Shown here: one piece after another, positions 10,422 through 20,883 of the stretch
Numbering within the stretch: position 1 is the first letter of the stretch
Layout of the letters: each line of letters starts with the position of its first letter
Origin: Chloroflexota bacterium
GTDB lineage: Bacteria > Chloroflexota > UBA11872 > VXOZ01
Direction: 5' to 3'
Assembly: GCA_964291655.2 (NCBI GenBank)
Contig: OZ219802.1
Span: 1,440,001 to 1,504,000 of the forward strand
DNA: 64,000 bases
Notes under the pieces: model-generated
The model's database searches: none
What the model saw: only the letters and a program-made list of their open reading frames with translations
What the model was told of the DNA's origin: nothing
Translations under genes and position numbers: made by a program

Positions 10422-11132
10422 ATGAAGAATCTGCCCAAAGCACTTCTTCTCGATCTCGACGACACGATCATTGATTCTTACAGCGATCCTGATATGGCGT
10501 GGCTCCAGCTCTGCCGCGAGTTTGCCGGCAGTCTGGGAGATGTGCCTGCAGAGGAGCTCCAGGCCGCAGTCTTGCAGGCCCGGGACTGGTATTGGAGCGA
10601 CATGGAGCGAGCGCGCCTCGGCAGTCTTAACCTGTTGCAGGCCAGTCGAGACATCTTGCTGAGGGCCTTCGCCGAATTCGACATTCCCGATTCGCCGCTC
10701 GTAACCCGCATGGGTGAGCGGTACAATCAAATCAGGGTTGAGGCGATGCGGCCCTTTCCGGGAGCTATCGCGACGCTGCGGCGGCTGCAAGAGACTGACA
10801 TCCGTCTGGGTCTGCTAACCAACGGCAGTGCCGAGATGCAGCGAGCGAAGATTGAGCGGTTCTCCGTTGCAGAATTCTTCGATCACATTCAGATCGAGGG
10901 AGAGTTTGGCATCGGCAAGCCGGACGAGCGAGCATTTCGCCATGCCCTTGACGCCCTTGGCGCGGAGCCTGCCGAAGCCTGGATGGTCGGGGACAACCTG
11001 GAGTTCGATATCCGTGGCGCGCAGCAGGTGGGCATCTACGCCGTGTGGGTGGACACACAAGGTAGAGGGCTGCCGGATGGGACCACAGTTCGTCCGGATA
11101 TGACCATTGGGTCGGTGTCAGACCTTGTATAG
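10422..11132 (+). CDS. HAD-superfamily hydrolase
   Basis: DLDDT motif I, LTNG, GKPD, VGDNLEFDI. Confidence 0.92.
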   Translation: MKNLPKALLLDLDDTIIDSYSDPDMAWLQLCREFAGSLGDVPAEELQAAVLQARDWYWSDMERARLGSLNLLQASRDILLRAFAEFDIPDSPLVTRMGERYNQIRVEAMRPFPGAIATLRRLQETDIRLGLLTNGSAEMQRAKIERFSVAEFFDHIQIEGEFGIGKPDERAFRHALDALGAEPAEAWMVGDNLEFDIRGAQQVGIYAVWVDTQGRGLPDGTTVRPDMTIGSVSDLV

Positions 11133-11215
11133 TCGAGAGTATTAGACTGAATTATAGTTCTGGACTTTGCCAGGCTTTTACACGCATAGTGGAGTGACTT
11201 ACCCAAAAGCCGATT

Positions 11216-12148
11216 ATGCAGGACAAACTAGCAGACCCCAAGGAGCCTATGATCATGCAACAGCGAGAAGTACGTTGGGAATTGATGTTCCGGGATGAGT
11301 TGGAAGCGGCGGTGGCGGCGTTTCCGGTGGTGTACATGCCGTATGGGTTGTGCGAGCCGCACGGGCCGCAGAACGTGGTGGGGTGTGATTCGTTGCGGCC
11401 CGAAGGCCATATGCGCCAGGCGGCGGAACAATACGGCGGGATTGTGATGCCGACCACGTATTGGCACAATCACGAAGCGGGGACGTCCGCCAACTGGGGG
11501 GACCGCACCATCGGCAATAACCGCACGTGGCTCACGTCCATCCCGCCGTGGATGTTCTTCAAGAACATGAGCTACCACATTCGCGCCGTGGACGCCCATG
11601 GCTTTCACGGGGCCATCATCTTCTCCGGTCACGCCGGACCCCATAGCCCGGACATTCCGGTGTTCTTGGAGATCATGCAGCGGCACGTGGCGACCCGGCT
11701 GCACTGTCACATGCCGATTGGCATGGGCACGGAAGAGTCGCGCTTCGAGGACGATGCGGGCATGGGCGGGCACGCCGGCCGCGGCGAAACGTCGCTGCTG
11801 TGGGCGGTGACACCGGGCGGCGTGGACCTCACCCGCATTCCGCCGGCCGGCACCCCCGGGCCGCACTTTGCCATGGGCGATGACGCCACTGAATCCGACC
11901 GCCGCGCCGGCGAACGCATGAGTGCCGACATCGTGGCGAGCCTCGGCGCAGCCGCTAACGAACTTGTGGCGGAATACGACCGCGTGCAACCGGCGCGGAA
12001 GACCCTGACGTTTGCCGACATCGAGGACATCTGGGAAGACGACGTGCGCCCGGAGCTTAAGAACTTCAACTCGATGCAGCAGTCCCCGGAGCCGGTGCCT
12101 GAAGATTCCTACTGGCATGCCAACCAGCACATCCCCGACCGGGGGTAG
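11216..12148 (+). CDS. Creatininase/creatinine amidohydrolase family protein
   Basis: GLCEPHG..D, SGHAG, HAGRGETS. Confidence 0.85.
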   Translation: MQDKLADPKEPMIMQQREVRWELMFRDELEAAVAAFPVVYMPYGLCEPHGPQNVVGCDSLRPEGHMRQAAEQYGGIVMPTTYWHNHEAGTSANWGDRTIGNNRTWLTSIPPWMFFKNMSYHIRAVDAHGFHGAIIFSGHAGPHSPDIPVFLEIMQRHVATRLHCHMPIGMGTEESRFEDDAGMGGHAGRGETSLLWAVTPGGVDLTRIPPAGTPGPHFAMGDDATESDRRAGERMSADIVASLGAAANELVAEYDRVQPARKTLTFADIEDIWEDDVRPELKNFNSMQQSPEPVPEDSYWHANQHIPDRG

Positions 12149-12197
12149 GACAGTTGGCTCCGCCAGACTCCGGACCCTGAATCGGTACCCGCCTTGT

Positions 12198-12593
12198 CTA
12201 GAGGCTTAGCTGCCGAGTCCGACCGCTGGCATAGAGGTAGTAGGCAAACGGTCGAGGTTCAGACAGGTCCACAGCCTTGAGCCAGTCCCATTTTCGGAGA
12301 AGCGCGCGCATCATCGGGAGCCGGCTGACCTGACCACTTGCAAAGTAGACGATGCCTACTTTGTGCTGAAGAATCGCTTGACGTTCATATATCACCGAGA
12401 GCATTCGCTTGTTGCACGAGATGACTAACCAGCCCTGTCGTCCCGCCTCCGCTAACCACTCTACGTCCTGGCGGCGTGGGTCACTCTCGTTAGGAAACTG
12501 TGCGCGGAGCCAGCGAACATCTACATCCCTATCTGCGCCCTTTAGAAACCTGGGTATGGCCGTGCCCATATCTTCATCGAAGAACAGGATCAC
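12198..12593 (-). CDS. VapC45-like PIN-domain toxin
   Basis: FFDEDMG, DVEWL..AG..GW; GTGA overlap with the upstream gene. Confidence 0.85.
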   Translation of the reverse strand: MILFFDEDMGTAIPRFLKGADRDVDVRWLRAQFPNESDPRRQDVEWLAEAGRQGWLVISCNKRMLSVIYERQAILQHKVGIVYFASGQVSRLPMMRALLRKWDWLKAVDLSEPRPFAYYLYASGRTRQLSL

Positions 12594-13285
12594 GCCGCAA
12601 GGGCCTTCTCGTGTTGGATGATCAGTTCGATCACCTTGTCGTCTAGCTCGAAGTCATCGGCGATTGCACTGATGCTCTCACGACCCTCGAAGAATCGCGT
12701 TAGAATGGTCTCTGCCCGGATTCCACTGCCCGCAATTGAAGGACGGCCGGCAGCAAAGCGAGGGTCCACGACGACGGGCACGTCGCGGCCGAGCGGAAAC
12801 CAGCGCGCGGCAAGTCCGCGCACTTCGATGAAGTCCAACTGCAGAAACCGCTCCAAGACGGGCATGGGCAAAGCTGCCTGCATGCCTTCTGTGTCCAGAG
12901 CGCGGTACAGTGCCGGCTCACCGGTCTGCAGCGAGAACTCATGCATTATATGGCCGCCAAGGGTGTCGAATTCGCTGAAGGCGAATGGATGTGACATTTT
13001 GAGAAAATCGCAGGCAAAGGTGTGCGCTTGGCGCACTGTTTCCAACTTGATGTTTCTGCGCCGGAACCTTACAGCCACGAGTATTTCCGCCAGCATGAGA
13101 AAGGAGATTGTCGCCGGTTGACCCGCAGAAGCAGACTGCTTACCGAACACGGGCGCGATTTCGTTACCCCAAATCCAACGTCTCACGGTAGGCGCAGTCG
13201 TACACGCCAGTTTCGCAGCCTCACTGACAGAGTAGGCTGGTAAGGTTCGCCAATCTTTGGATTCCATGTCCGCTTCAGAATTCAC
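12590..13285 (-). CDS. VapB45-like antitoxin (HTH plus DUF433)
   Basis: YSVSEAA..TVRRW; VVVDPRFAAGRPSI..SGI..GRESISAIADDFEL. Confidence 0.85.
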   Translation of the reverse strand: MNSEADMESKDWRTLPAYSVSEAAKLACTTAPTVRRWIWGNEIAPVFGKQSASAGQPATISFLMLAEILVAVRFRRRNIKLETVRQAHTFACDFLKMSHPFAFSEFDTLGGHIMHEFSLQTGEPALYRALDTEGMQAALPMPVLERFLQLDFIEVRGLAARWFPLGRDVPVVVDPRFAAGRPSIAGSGIRAETILTRFFEGRESISAIADDFELDDKVIELIIQHEKALAA

Positions 13286-13407
13286 AGTTCCGCTGCCTTC
13301 CGCAAACTACGCCGGATTGAAGAGGGATTGCGCTGCCCTAGTCTCCGCAATCCGCCGCACAAGAGCACCACGTCTATCCTCCTCTAGTATGATGATTTTA
13401 TAGCTGT

Positions 13408-14268
13408 ATGCCAATCCTTGTTTCATTCATAAAGACAATGCGGAATATGGGCACAGGCTTTCTCATCGTAGTGGTCGTTCTGGCCGGGCTCGTCGTGCTG
13501 GCGCGGGTCATGCGGTTGGAAGACGCCTTTATCTACTTTCCCGATCACGAGACGTACACCACTCCCGCAGAATTCGGTCTCGAGTATGAAGATGTTCGGT
13601 TTGGGGAAGAGGGGCGGCTGCATGGCTGGTACGTCCCCGGCCGTATTGATGTGACAATCCTCTGGTTCCACGGCAACGCGAGCAACCTGTCGCATCCCGG
13701 GCGGGTGGAATTCATTAGGCTGCTGCACGAGCGGCTGGGCGTCGGGTTCTTTATATTTGACTATCGCGGATATGGCCAGAGCAGCGGCAGACCGTCGGAG
13801 CCCGGCCTCTACCAGGACGCCCGGGATGCCCTCGCCTATTTGCAGAGCCGCGACGATGTCAACCCAGACCGCATCGTGTACTACGGCAGGTCGCTCGGCG
13901 GCGCGGTGGCGTCACACCTCGCTACTGAATATGCGCCCTACCGGCTGATACTGGAGTCCTCGTTTATATCCACGCCGGACATGGCGCGGGTGCAGTTCCC
14001 GTTCCTGCCCCTGGGCCCCTTGCTCTACACGCGCTACAGCAACCGCGAGCACCTCGCCTCCGTCCATGCGCCTGTCCTCATCATCCACGGGGACCGTGAT
14101 CGCACCGTCCCGTCACAACACGCGGACAAGCTTTACGCCGTCGCCAACGAACCCAAGCAGCTCTATATCGTCCGCGGCGCGGACCACAACGACGTGCATT
14201 ACGCCGGCGGCGAAACGTATTTGGAAACCTTCGCGGCGTTTCTCGATCTGCCGCTGGCGCCCGCGTGA
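13408..14268 (+). CDS. Alpha/beta hydrolase (Bem46/ABHD13-like)
   Basis: FHGNA, DYRGYG, GRSLGG, HGDRD, GADHND. Confidence 0.92.
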   Translation: MPILVSFIKTMRNMGTGFLIVVVVLAGLVVLARVMRLEDAFIYFPDHETYTTPAEFGLEYEDVRFGEEGRLHGWYVPGRIDVTILWFHGNASNLSHPGRVEFIRLLHERLGVGFFIFDYRGYGQSSGRPSEPGLYQDARDALAYLQSRDDVNPDRIVYYGRSLGGAVASHLATEYAPYRLILESSFISTPDMARVQFPFLPLGPLLYTRYSNREHLASVHAPVLIIHGDRDRTVPSQHADKLYAVANEPKQLYIVRGADHNDVHYAGGETYLETFAAFLDLPLAPA

Positions 14269-14352
14269 GGGCCAAGTGCAAGCCATTGCCTGTACCCGCC
14301 CATTCCAGTAACGAGCGCCCGCATGTCGCCGGCGCTTTCTTGGTTAATTGGT

Positions 14353-14380
14353 GTAGGGGCACGATATATCGTGCCCCTAC
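14353..14380. repeat. REP family G (GTAGGGGCACGATATATCGTGCCCCTAC)
   Basis: Perfect 28-bp palindrome; copies at 15200-15227 and 49681-49708. Confidence 0.9.
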
Positions 14381-14455
14381 GTTCTCGGCAAGGCATTTTC
14401 TACTGCGGTCCGTTGCGCTACTTTGTCTAGCCATCCCTCGCCGGACGTATATGCC

Positions 14456-15184
14456 CTAATCATCCTGCAATGCCACGTCCGCATACCAGGCGGTGACCGT
14501 GCCGCCGGTGCCGTCGTGATTGCGGCTCACCGGCCGGCCGACGACTGTGCCGGGTTGCGCGGCGATGGGCCGGCTGAGCATAGGGCCGGCCACGACGCAG
14601 GTGTGAAACTCGCCGTTCTCGCCGAGCGGGTCCGTGCCCTCGGGCAGATCGTTCAAGAACGACTGATCGAACCAGCGACCGGCAAAGCTGCGGTCGAGCT
14701 TGGAGGTCGGGCTCACTGCCGTTACGATGGCCTTCAGCCCAGATTGCAACATGGTCTGTGCTAGTTCCGGCGTCGGCATGCCCCAGACAGGGAAAATGGC
14801 CTCGAACCCTGTACCTGCCAGCTTAGACTCCCTGTACGCGCGAATGTCTTCGAGGAAGAGGTCGCCAAACGCGAAGGTCTTGGCTGTCAAATGCGGCGGC
14901 AAGTCGCGCACCATATCAAGGAAAGCGGTCATCGCCGCTTCATATTCTTCGTTGGAGCAGGGATAGGGAATGGGGATCTCGTACAGCGGCAGACCCAGCC
15001 GTTTCGCCTGCACACGCAGCACCGGCACCGGCGTCGCCTGTATCGCCACGCGGTCGAAATGCGGCGTCACCGTCGTAAAGATGCCACGCACATCGTACCG
15101 CTCCGGCTCTTGGCGCAGCACGTGCAACGCCCAGGCGGAGTCTTTTCCCGAGGACCAGGAGACGAGTACCGGCTTCACTGACAT
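14456..15184 (-). CDS. Diphthine-ammonia ligase/MJ0570-family PP-loop ATPase
   Basis: SWSSGKDS, FGDLFLEDIR, DPLGENGEFHT. Confidence 0.9.
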   Translation of the reverse strand: MSVKPVLVSWSSGKDSAWALHVLRQEPERYDVRGIFTTVTPHFDRVAIQATPVPVLRVQAKRLGLPLYEIPIPYPCSNEEYEAAMTAFLDMVRDLPPHLTAKTFAFGDLFLEDIRAYRESKLAGTGFEAIFPVWGMPTPELAQTMLQSGLKAIVTAVSPTSKLDRSFAGRWFDQSFLNDLPEGTDPLGENGEFHTCVVAGPMLSRPIAAQPGTVVGRPVSRNHDGTGGTVTAWYADVALQDD

Positions 15185-15199
15185 AGCTATTTCACAAAC

Positions 15200-15227
15200 G
15201 AAGGGGCACGATATATCGTGCCCCTAC
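15200..15227. repeat. REP family G copy
   Basis: gaaggggcacgatatatcgtgcccctac. Confidence 0.85.
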
Positions 15228-15319
15228 ACCGTCTACAAAGTTCATTTGGCGCGGACTCTCAACTCTTCTCAAGCATCACAGCGTGGCAGTGGTGAGACCG
15301 CCTCTCGGTAAAGTTATCT

Positions 15320-16192
15320 TTACCCAGCCCGCGATAGCGCCTCCTCGATTGCCCGCGCGGCAAAGACCGTCGTCAGGTGTTCACGGTAGTCGGCTGACGC
15401 ATGGAGGTCGTCGTTGAGGTCCTCGATGTTGGCGGCGGCGCGCTTGGCGGCGCGGCGGATCACTGCCGCGTCGATGTGCTTGCCCTTCAGGATACGCTCC
15501 GTATTGCGCGCCCGGACGGCCGTGGGACCGGCGCCGGTCACGCCGATGCGCGCTTCCGTGCACACGCCGTCGTCCCCAACCGTGATCGCCGCCGCTACGC
15601 CCACTACAGCGTAGTGGGAGGCCTTATTCGGCAGCTTCTGGTACGAAACGCCGGTGCCGGCCGGTAACGCCGAAATGTGGACTTCGGTCAGTATCTCGTT
15701 GGGCCGTAGCGCCGTGGTCAGCAGGTCGCGGAAGAAGCGATCGATGGCGATGGTGCGGCCGGAGCGGGCCGTCGCGGTGACCAGTTCAAAGTTCAGCGCC
15801 AGCGCCAGGGCGGGAAAGTCGCCCGCCGGGTCGGCGTGGGCCAGACTGCCGCCGATGGTGCCTTTGTTCTGCACCTGCACGTCGCCTACTTCACCGGCGG
15901 CTGCCGCCAGCGCGGGCACGCGCTCCTGCACCAGCGCCGAGTTCTTGATGTCGTGGTAGGTCGACATGGCGCCAATCGCCAGGCAGCCGTCGTCCGCCTC
16001 GCCGATGAAGCGCAGTTCGGAAATCTTGCCCAGGTCGATCAGGCACTGCGGCGTAGAGAGTCGCAGTTTCATGATGGGCAGCAGGCTGTGGCCGCCCGCC
16101 AGCAATTTCGCGTCGTCCCCGTGCTGCCGCAGCAGCCGCAGGGCGTCGGCAACGGACGTCGGTGCGAAGTAATCAAATGCTTGGGGGATCAT
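15320..16192 (-). CDS. coxM: CO dehydrogenase/xanthine dehydrogenase family FAD subunit
   Basis: LAGGHSLLP, GTIGGSLAHADPAGD. Confidence 0.9.
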   Translation of the reverse strand: MIPQAFDYFAPTSVADALRLLRQHGDDAKLLAGGHSLLPIMKLRLSTPQCLIDLGKISELRFIGEADDGCLAIGAMSTYHDIKNSALVQERVPALAAAAGEVGDVQVQNKGTIGGSLAHADPAGDFPALALALNFELVTATARSGRTIAIDRFFRDLLTTALRPNEILTEVHISALPAGTGVSYQKLPNKASHYAVVGVAAAITVGDDGVCTEARIGVTGAGPTAVRARNTERILKGKHIDAAVIRRAAKRAAANIEDLNDDLHASADYREHLTTVFAARAIEEALSRAG

Positions 16193-18570
16193 GAACGGCC
16201 TCCTCTCCGGCTACGGCCATGTGTTTGCAATACCCGCCAGATGCGTTCCGCCGTCATCGGTATGTCCACGTGGGTCACGCCGAGATGCGAGAGCGCGTCC
16301 ACCACCGCGTTGGCAACGGTCGGCGTGGCGGAGATGGTTGCCATCTCGCCGATACCCTTCGCGCCGAGCGGGTTCACCGGGCTCGGCGTCACCGTGCGGT
16401 CAAGCTCGAACATGGGGAATTCCTGGGCGAACGGCATGGCGTAGTCCATGAGCGAACCGGACACAAGCTGGCCCTCGTCGTCCCAAACTGCTTGCTCCAG
16501 TAGCGCCTGGCCGATGCCTTGTGCCAAACCGCCGTGGATTTGCCCTTCCACGAGCGTGGGATTGATCACCGTACCGCAGTCGTCTACGGAAACATAGCGT
16601 TTCAAAGAGACTTCACCGGTGTCCTGGTCGATCTCAATCACGGCAATGTGGGCGCTGAAGGGGAACGTGAGTCCCGGCGGCTCCCAGAAGGACACCGCCT
16701 CCAAGCCGGGTTGCTCGTCTTCCGGCAGCAACTGGCCGTCGTAGGCTTCAGACCCTACCTCGGCCCACGTTACATACTGGTCCGGCATGTCCTGCACCGA
16801 GAACAAGCCGTCCTCCAGCGTCACCACTGTCGGGTCCAGCGTATCCTCGAGCTTGTTTTCCAAGAGGGCCGTGGCGATGCGCTTGGCCTTGTCTTTGATT
16901 TGCTCATTGGCCTTGAGGATCGCCGTACCGCCGACCACCAGTGTGCGGCTGCCGAAGGTGCCGACACCCCTGGCAACTATGGCTGTATCGCCGTGTATGA
17001 TTTCCACATCTTCGAAGGCAACGCCGAGGTCGTCGGCCACAATCTGCGCGAACGAGGTCTCCTCGCCCTGGCCGTGGGGCGACGCGCCGGTGAGCACGGT
17101 AACCTTGCCCATGGGATCGACGCGCACGGTGGCGCTTTCGAAACCGCCCAGGCCGCCCATGGCGGCGGCGGGGCCGAACCCGCAGACCTCGGTGGTCACG
17201 GTCACGCCAATACCCATAAGCTTGCCGTCCTTGCGCGCGGCTTTCTGCTCGGCGCGCAGGTCGTCGTACCCCGCGATGTCCAGCGCTTTGTCCAGCGCCG
17301 CATCATAGTCGGCGGAGTCATAGATCATGCCGGTTGGCGTTTCGTAGGGGAAGGCGTCCTTGGGAATGAAGTTCTTGCGGCGCACGGCTACCGGGTCTTT
17401 GCCCGTGGCATCGGCGATCAGGTCCATGACCCGTTCGATGATGTACGCCGCTTCCGGCCGCCCGGCGCCGCGATAGGCGTCATAGGGAATCTTGTTGGTG
17501 AAGACGCCGATGGTGGTCCAGCCGATGTCGCGGCACGCGTAGACACCTGGCGCCAGTGAAGGCGTGAGCGTGGGAATGACGTGGGAAATCACCTGGGCGT
17601 ACGCGCCGAGATCGGCGTAGATCTTCAGCTTCATGCCGAGCAGGGTGCCGTCTTTCTTGTAGGCGGCCTGCACGTACTGCGCCTGGCCCCGGCCGTGGCT
17701 GGTGGAGACGAAATGCTCGGTGCGGTCTTCCGCCCACTTCACCGGCCGGTTGACTTCCTGGGCGAGAATGATGGCAATAAGCGATTCAGAATACGTATTG
17801 ATCTTGCAGCCAAAGCCGCCGCCCACGTCGATGGCGACCACGCGCAGCTTGTTCTCCGGCATGCCGAGCATCTGTGCCACGACCATGCGCTCGATGTGCG
17901 GGTTCTGTGTGGTGACCCACAACGTCGCGTTGCCGCTGCTGCGCTCGTAGTCCGCCACGGTCGCGCGCGGCTCCATGGGATTGGGAATGAGGCGGGGCTG
18001 CTCCATGCGAGCTTCCACCACGCCGTCGGCCTCGGCAAACGCGCGATCGGGATCGCCTGCCTGATCGGTGGCTTCGTAACAGAGATTGGAGCCCATTTCC
18101 TCGAAGATAACGGGCGCGTCTGCATCTACTGCGGACTCCATGTCCGTCACGACAGGCAGCGGCTCGTAGTCGACGTCGATGAGATCAAGCGCGTCCCGCG
18201 CCGCCGCCCGTGAACTGGCGACCACCGCGGCCACCGGCTCGCCGACATAGTTGGCTTTCGTTGCCGCCATCGGCCAGCGCTCGGGATACTGCATGCCCTC
18301 CAAGATGGCAAAGAGGGGGAACGGCTCGCTGCAGCGCTCGTTGATTTCCGCGCCGGTCATGACAGCCAACACACCGGAGTGTGCCGCAGCCGCCGACGTA
18401 TCTATGCTGTTTATGCGCGCGTGAGCATACGGACTGCGCAGCACGGCGAAGAACGCCATGCCCGGCAGGATGACGTCGTCGGTGTACTTGCCCTCGCCGG
18501 TAATGAGACGAGGGTCCTCCTTGCGCTTCACGCGCGAACCGATCAATTTCGATACTTGGCCCGCGATCAT
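16189..18570 (-). CDS. coxL: Molybdopterin large subunit, form II CoxL type
   Basis: AYRGAGRPE active-site loop, GGGFGCK, PHGQG, GAKGIGE. Confidence 0.9.
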   Translation of the reverse strand: MIAGQVSKLIGSRVKRKEDPRLITGEGKYTDDVILPGMAFFAVLRSPYAHARINSIDTSAAAAHSGVLAVMTGAEINERCSEPFPLFAILEGMQYPERWPMAATKANYVGEPVAAVVASSRAAARDALDLIDVDYEPLPVVTDMESAVDADAPVIFEEMGSNLCYEATDQAGDPDRAFAEADGVVEARMEQPRLIPNPMEPRATVADYERSSGNATLWVTTQNPHIERMVVAQMLGMPENKLRVVAIDVGGGFGCKINTYSESLIAIILAQEVNRPVKWAEDRTEHFVSTSHGRGQAQYVQAAYKKDGTLLGMKLKIYADLGAYAQVISHVIPTLTPSLAPGVYACRDIGWTTIGVFTNKIPYDAYRGAGRPEAAYIIERVMDLIADATGKDPVAVRRKNFIPKDAFPYETPTGMIYDSADYDAALDKALDIAGYDDLRAEQKAARKDGKLMGIGVTVTTEVCGFGPAAAMGGLGGFESATVRVDPMGKVTVLTGASPHGQGEETSFAQIVADDLGVAFEDVEIIHGDTAIVARGVGTFGSRTLVVGGTAILKANEQIKDKAKRIATALLENKLEDTLDPTVVTLEDGLFSVQDMPDQYVTWAEVGSEAYDGQLLPEDEQPGLEAVSFWEPPGLTFPFSAHIAVIEIDQDTGEVSLKRYVSVDDCGTVINPTLVEGQIHGGLAQGIGQALLEQAVWDDEGQLVSGSLMDYAMPFAQEFPMFELDRTVTPSPVNPLGAKGIGEMATISATPTVANAVVDALSHLGVTHVDIPMTAERIWRVLQTHGRSRRGGRS

Positions 18571-18802
18571 TGCCTCGCTCCTTTACTTACGCACCCGGCC
18601 AACGCCGTCTATTTGGGAATTCTCTGCAATGCCGTTTGCCTGATGGCTGAAGTCACTCCTGCATCAATCCCGCAATGGCGGAGGCCACTCTAATGGAATC
18701 CAGAATGCCTGTCGTCATTCAGTGCGCTACCTTTTTGAACCGCACCCACTTCCGGGCACCCACTGCGCACTGCCCAGGACGCCGCAAAGCGTCTCCCACA
18801 CG

Positions 18803-19276
18803 CTACGCTTCCTGCATCCGCCGGGCGGCGAATTGCGCTGCTTTCACGATGTTCTGATAGCCGGTGCAGCGGCAGATGTTGCCCGCCAGCTTGTGGCGTA
18901 TCTCATCTTCGCTGGGATCGGGCTCCTCTTCCAAGACCTGGTGGAGGGTCATGATGATGCCCGGCGTGCAAAAGCCGCACTGCAACCCGTGCTCTTCCCA
19001 GAAGCCTTCCTGTACCGGATGGAGTTCGCCGTCCTGGGCCAGGCCTTCTATGGTGGTCACCTCGCTGCCATCGGCTTGCACGGCCAGAACCGTGCAACTC
19101 TTGACGGCGGCCCCGTCCACTATCACCGTGCACGCGCCGCATTGGCTGGTGTCGCACCCCACGTGCGTACCGGTGAGGCCCAACTCATCGCGCAGGTAGT
19201 GCACGAGCAACATGCGCGGTTCGACACTGCTCGTATGGCGAGTGCCGTTTATGGTTACGGAAATCTCATTGGGCAT
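18803..19276 (-). CDS. coxS: 2Fe-2S small subunit
   Basis: [24 protein letters not shown]. Confidence 0.93.
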   Translation of the reverse strand: MPNEISVTINGTRHTSSVEPRMLLVHYLRDELGLTGTHVGCDTSQCGACTVIVDGAAVKSCTVLAVQADGSEVTTIEGLAQDGELHPVQEGFWEEHGLQCGFCTPGIIMTLHQVLEEEPDPSEDEIRHKLAGNICRCTGYQNIVKAAQFAARRMQEA

Positions 19277-19446
19277 ACGTCTATCCCCCTACGCAGAGCG
19301 TATCTGCATGCGTCGACTTCGTCGCAGACGCCGACTTCGTCAAAGACGCCAAATACTTGGTCTAGTATACCAACTGCAAGATGATTACACACGCTTACTT
19401 TGCCATAGTTCTGGGTTGTACCTATGCAACCATATGGCAGGAAGTT

Positions 19447-19501
19447 CGTTCGTGCTGAGCTTGCCTGCCCTGAGCCTGTCGCAGGGTCGAAGTGTGAACG
19501 G
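19447..19501. repeat. REP family F copy with a nested 23-nt insert
   Basis: cgttcgtgctgagcttg[cctgccctgagcctgtcgcaggg]tcgaagtgtgaacgg. Confidence 0.8.
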
Positions 19502-19651
19502 TTGGGCGTGTCCAATGGTTCTTGCCAACCCACTCTTGCCCTTACTTATGAGTTGGGCGACACTACGCAAAACAAGAAAATAGGACAGTGCCTGCAGTTG
19601 GCGGTATGATTGGGGTAGCAAGACACCACACACCGCACAGGGGAATAACGC

Positions 19652-20095
19652 ATGAAGGTAGAAGGCACATTCACGATCAAAGCGGGGCAAGACCGCGTCT
19701 GGGAGCTGCTGCAGGACCCCGACGTGTTGGCGGCGTGCATCCCCGGCTGCGAGAAGCTGGAGCCGACCGGCGAGGACACCTACGCGGCGACCCTGAACGT
19801 GGGCGTGGCCGGCATCAAGGGCCGCTACCAAGGTACGGTGTCCGTGGCTGACCGCGACCCGCCCCACGGCTACCGCATGATCGTGGAAGGCAAGGGCGGC
19901 CCGGGCTTTGTGAAAGGCGAGGGCAGCTTCACCCTATCCGAAAAGAAGGCAGGCGAGACCACCATCCACGTTGCCGGCAATGGTCAAGCCGGCGGCACCC
20001 TGGCCCGCGTCGGCCAACGCCTCATGCTGCAAGCCGCCAAACTGCTCATGAAGCAGTTCTTCACGCGGCTGAACAAGGAAGCTACCGCGCCTTAG
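19652..20095 (+). CDS. coxG: CoxG/SRPBCC family protein
   Basis: VWELLQDPDVLAACIPGCE, GGTLARVGQRL. Confidence 0.88.
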   Translation: MKVEGTFTIKAGQDRVWELLQDPDVLAACIPGCEKLEPTGEDTYAATLNVGVAGIKGRYQGTVSVADRDPPHGYRMIVEGKGGPGFVKGEGSFTLSEKKAGETTIHVAGNGQAGGTLARVGQRLMLQAAKLLMKQFFTRLNKEATAP

Positions 20096-20141
20096 TCAGC
20101 GCCAGCACCGTTGAATTCAGTCTCTCTAACCGGAAGAATAG

Positions 20142-20182
20142 AACACAACGCCTGTGGGTCGCACACCCGCAGGCGTTGTGGT
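20142..20182. terminator. Hairpin between convergent coxG and P460 genes
   Basis: cacaacgcctgtgggt..acccgcaggcgttgtg. Confidence 0.6.
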
Positions 20183-20237
20183 TGGCGTCTTTGAGGCATG
20201 CACGACGCACATCGCCGCGCGCAACAGAATCGCTAAT

Positions 20238-20777
20238 CTACTTCACGTCTGCCGAGAAGAGAAAGTCGTTGTCGCTCACGTCGCTGTGGCACTCCGTGCA
20301 GCCTTGCACCATGCCCTCGGCCTCAATCGCTCCATCAGGCGCGTACTTCAAGAAGAACCAGCCGTTTGCGTCAGGATTCTCGTAGCCGGCCGGCTTATAC
20401 ATCACAGTAATAGCTGCCAGCGTACCGTCAGGCATGTAGTTCTCCTTCAGGACTATGCCGCCTTCAGGAACTCTCCCCGCCTTATCGGTAATCGCCTTGA
20501 GAGCGATCGCGTTGAAGTACGTGCTCAATAGGGCGCCGTGCGGGTCCTGCCCGGTGTATAGGGGTTCTACGCCAGGCAGATGCTGCCAGGCGTTCTGATA
20601 GTCAGCCGCCTCCAAGAATTCTATAACAGCGGCGCCATTGGCCTCCGGCCCTGCTTCGGCGGCCATATCCGCAGACTCTTCGTCACCGCCGCACCCTGCC
20701 AAGAGCAGCATTGCTCCCAAGAGCGCAACGCCCAGCAGCACGAAGCTCCTGCGCAGCTGGATCAGACCCAATCGCAT
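20238..20777 (-). CDS. Cytochrome P460-family lipoprotein
   Basis: Lipobox LAGC, PEGGIVLKEN, VMYK, GWFF, C-terminal CTECH..DFLF; GAAGGAGGA RBS. Confidence 0.82.
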   Translation of the reverse strand: MRLGLIQLRRSFVLLGVALLGAMLLLAGCGGDEESADMAAEAGPEANGAAVIEFLEAADYQNAWQHLPGVEPLYTGQDPHGALLSTYFNAIALKAITDKAGRVPEGGIVLKENYMPDGTLAAITVMYKPAGYENPDANGWFFLKYAPDGAIEAEGMVQGCTECHSDVSDNDFLFSADVK

Positions 20778-20883
20778 GTGCATTCCTCCTTCAATCACAA
20801 CCAACGACAAAAGTTGTGTATCATGGTAGGGAATCACACTGGGCAAGACTGTAGTCTGGACGACAAGCTCGCTGGGGGATGCT

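Noticed and set aside
14353-15227. Family G REP pair mobilising the PP-loop ATPase as a cassette
   Set aside because: No TSD or compositional evidence; REPs are common enough to flank genes by chance.
16189-18570. Bona fide aerobic (form I) CO dehydrogenase
   Set aside because: The loop is AYRGAGR rather than AYxCSFR and the gene order is S-L-M, so CO oxidation is not supported.
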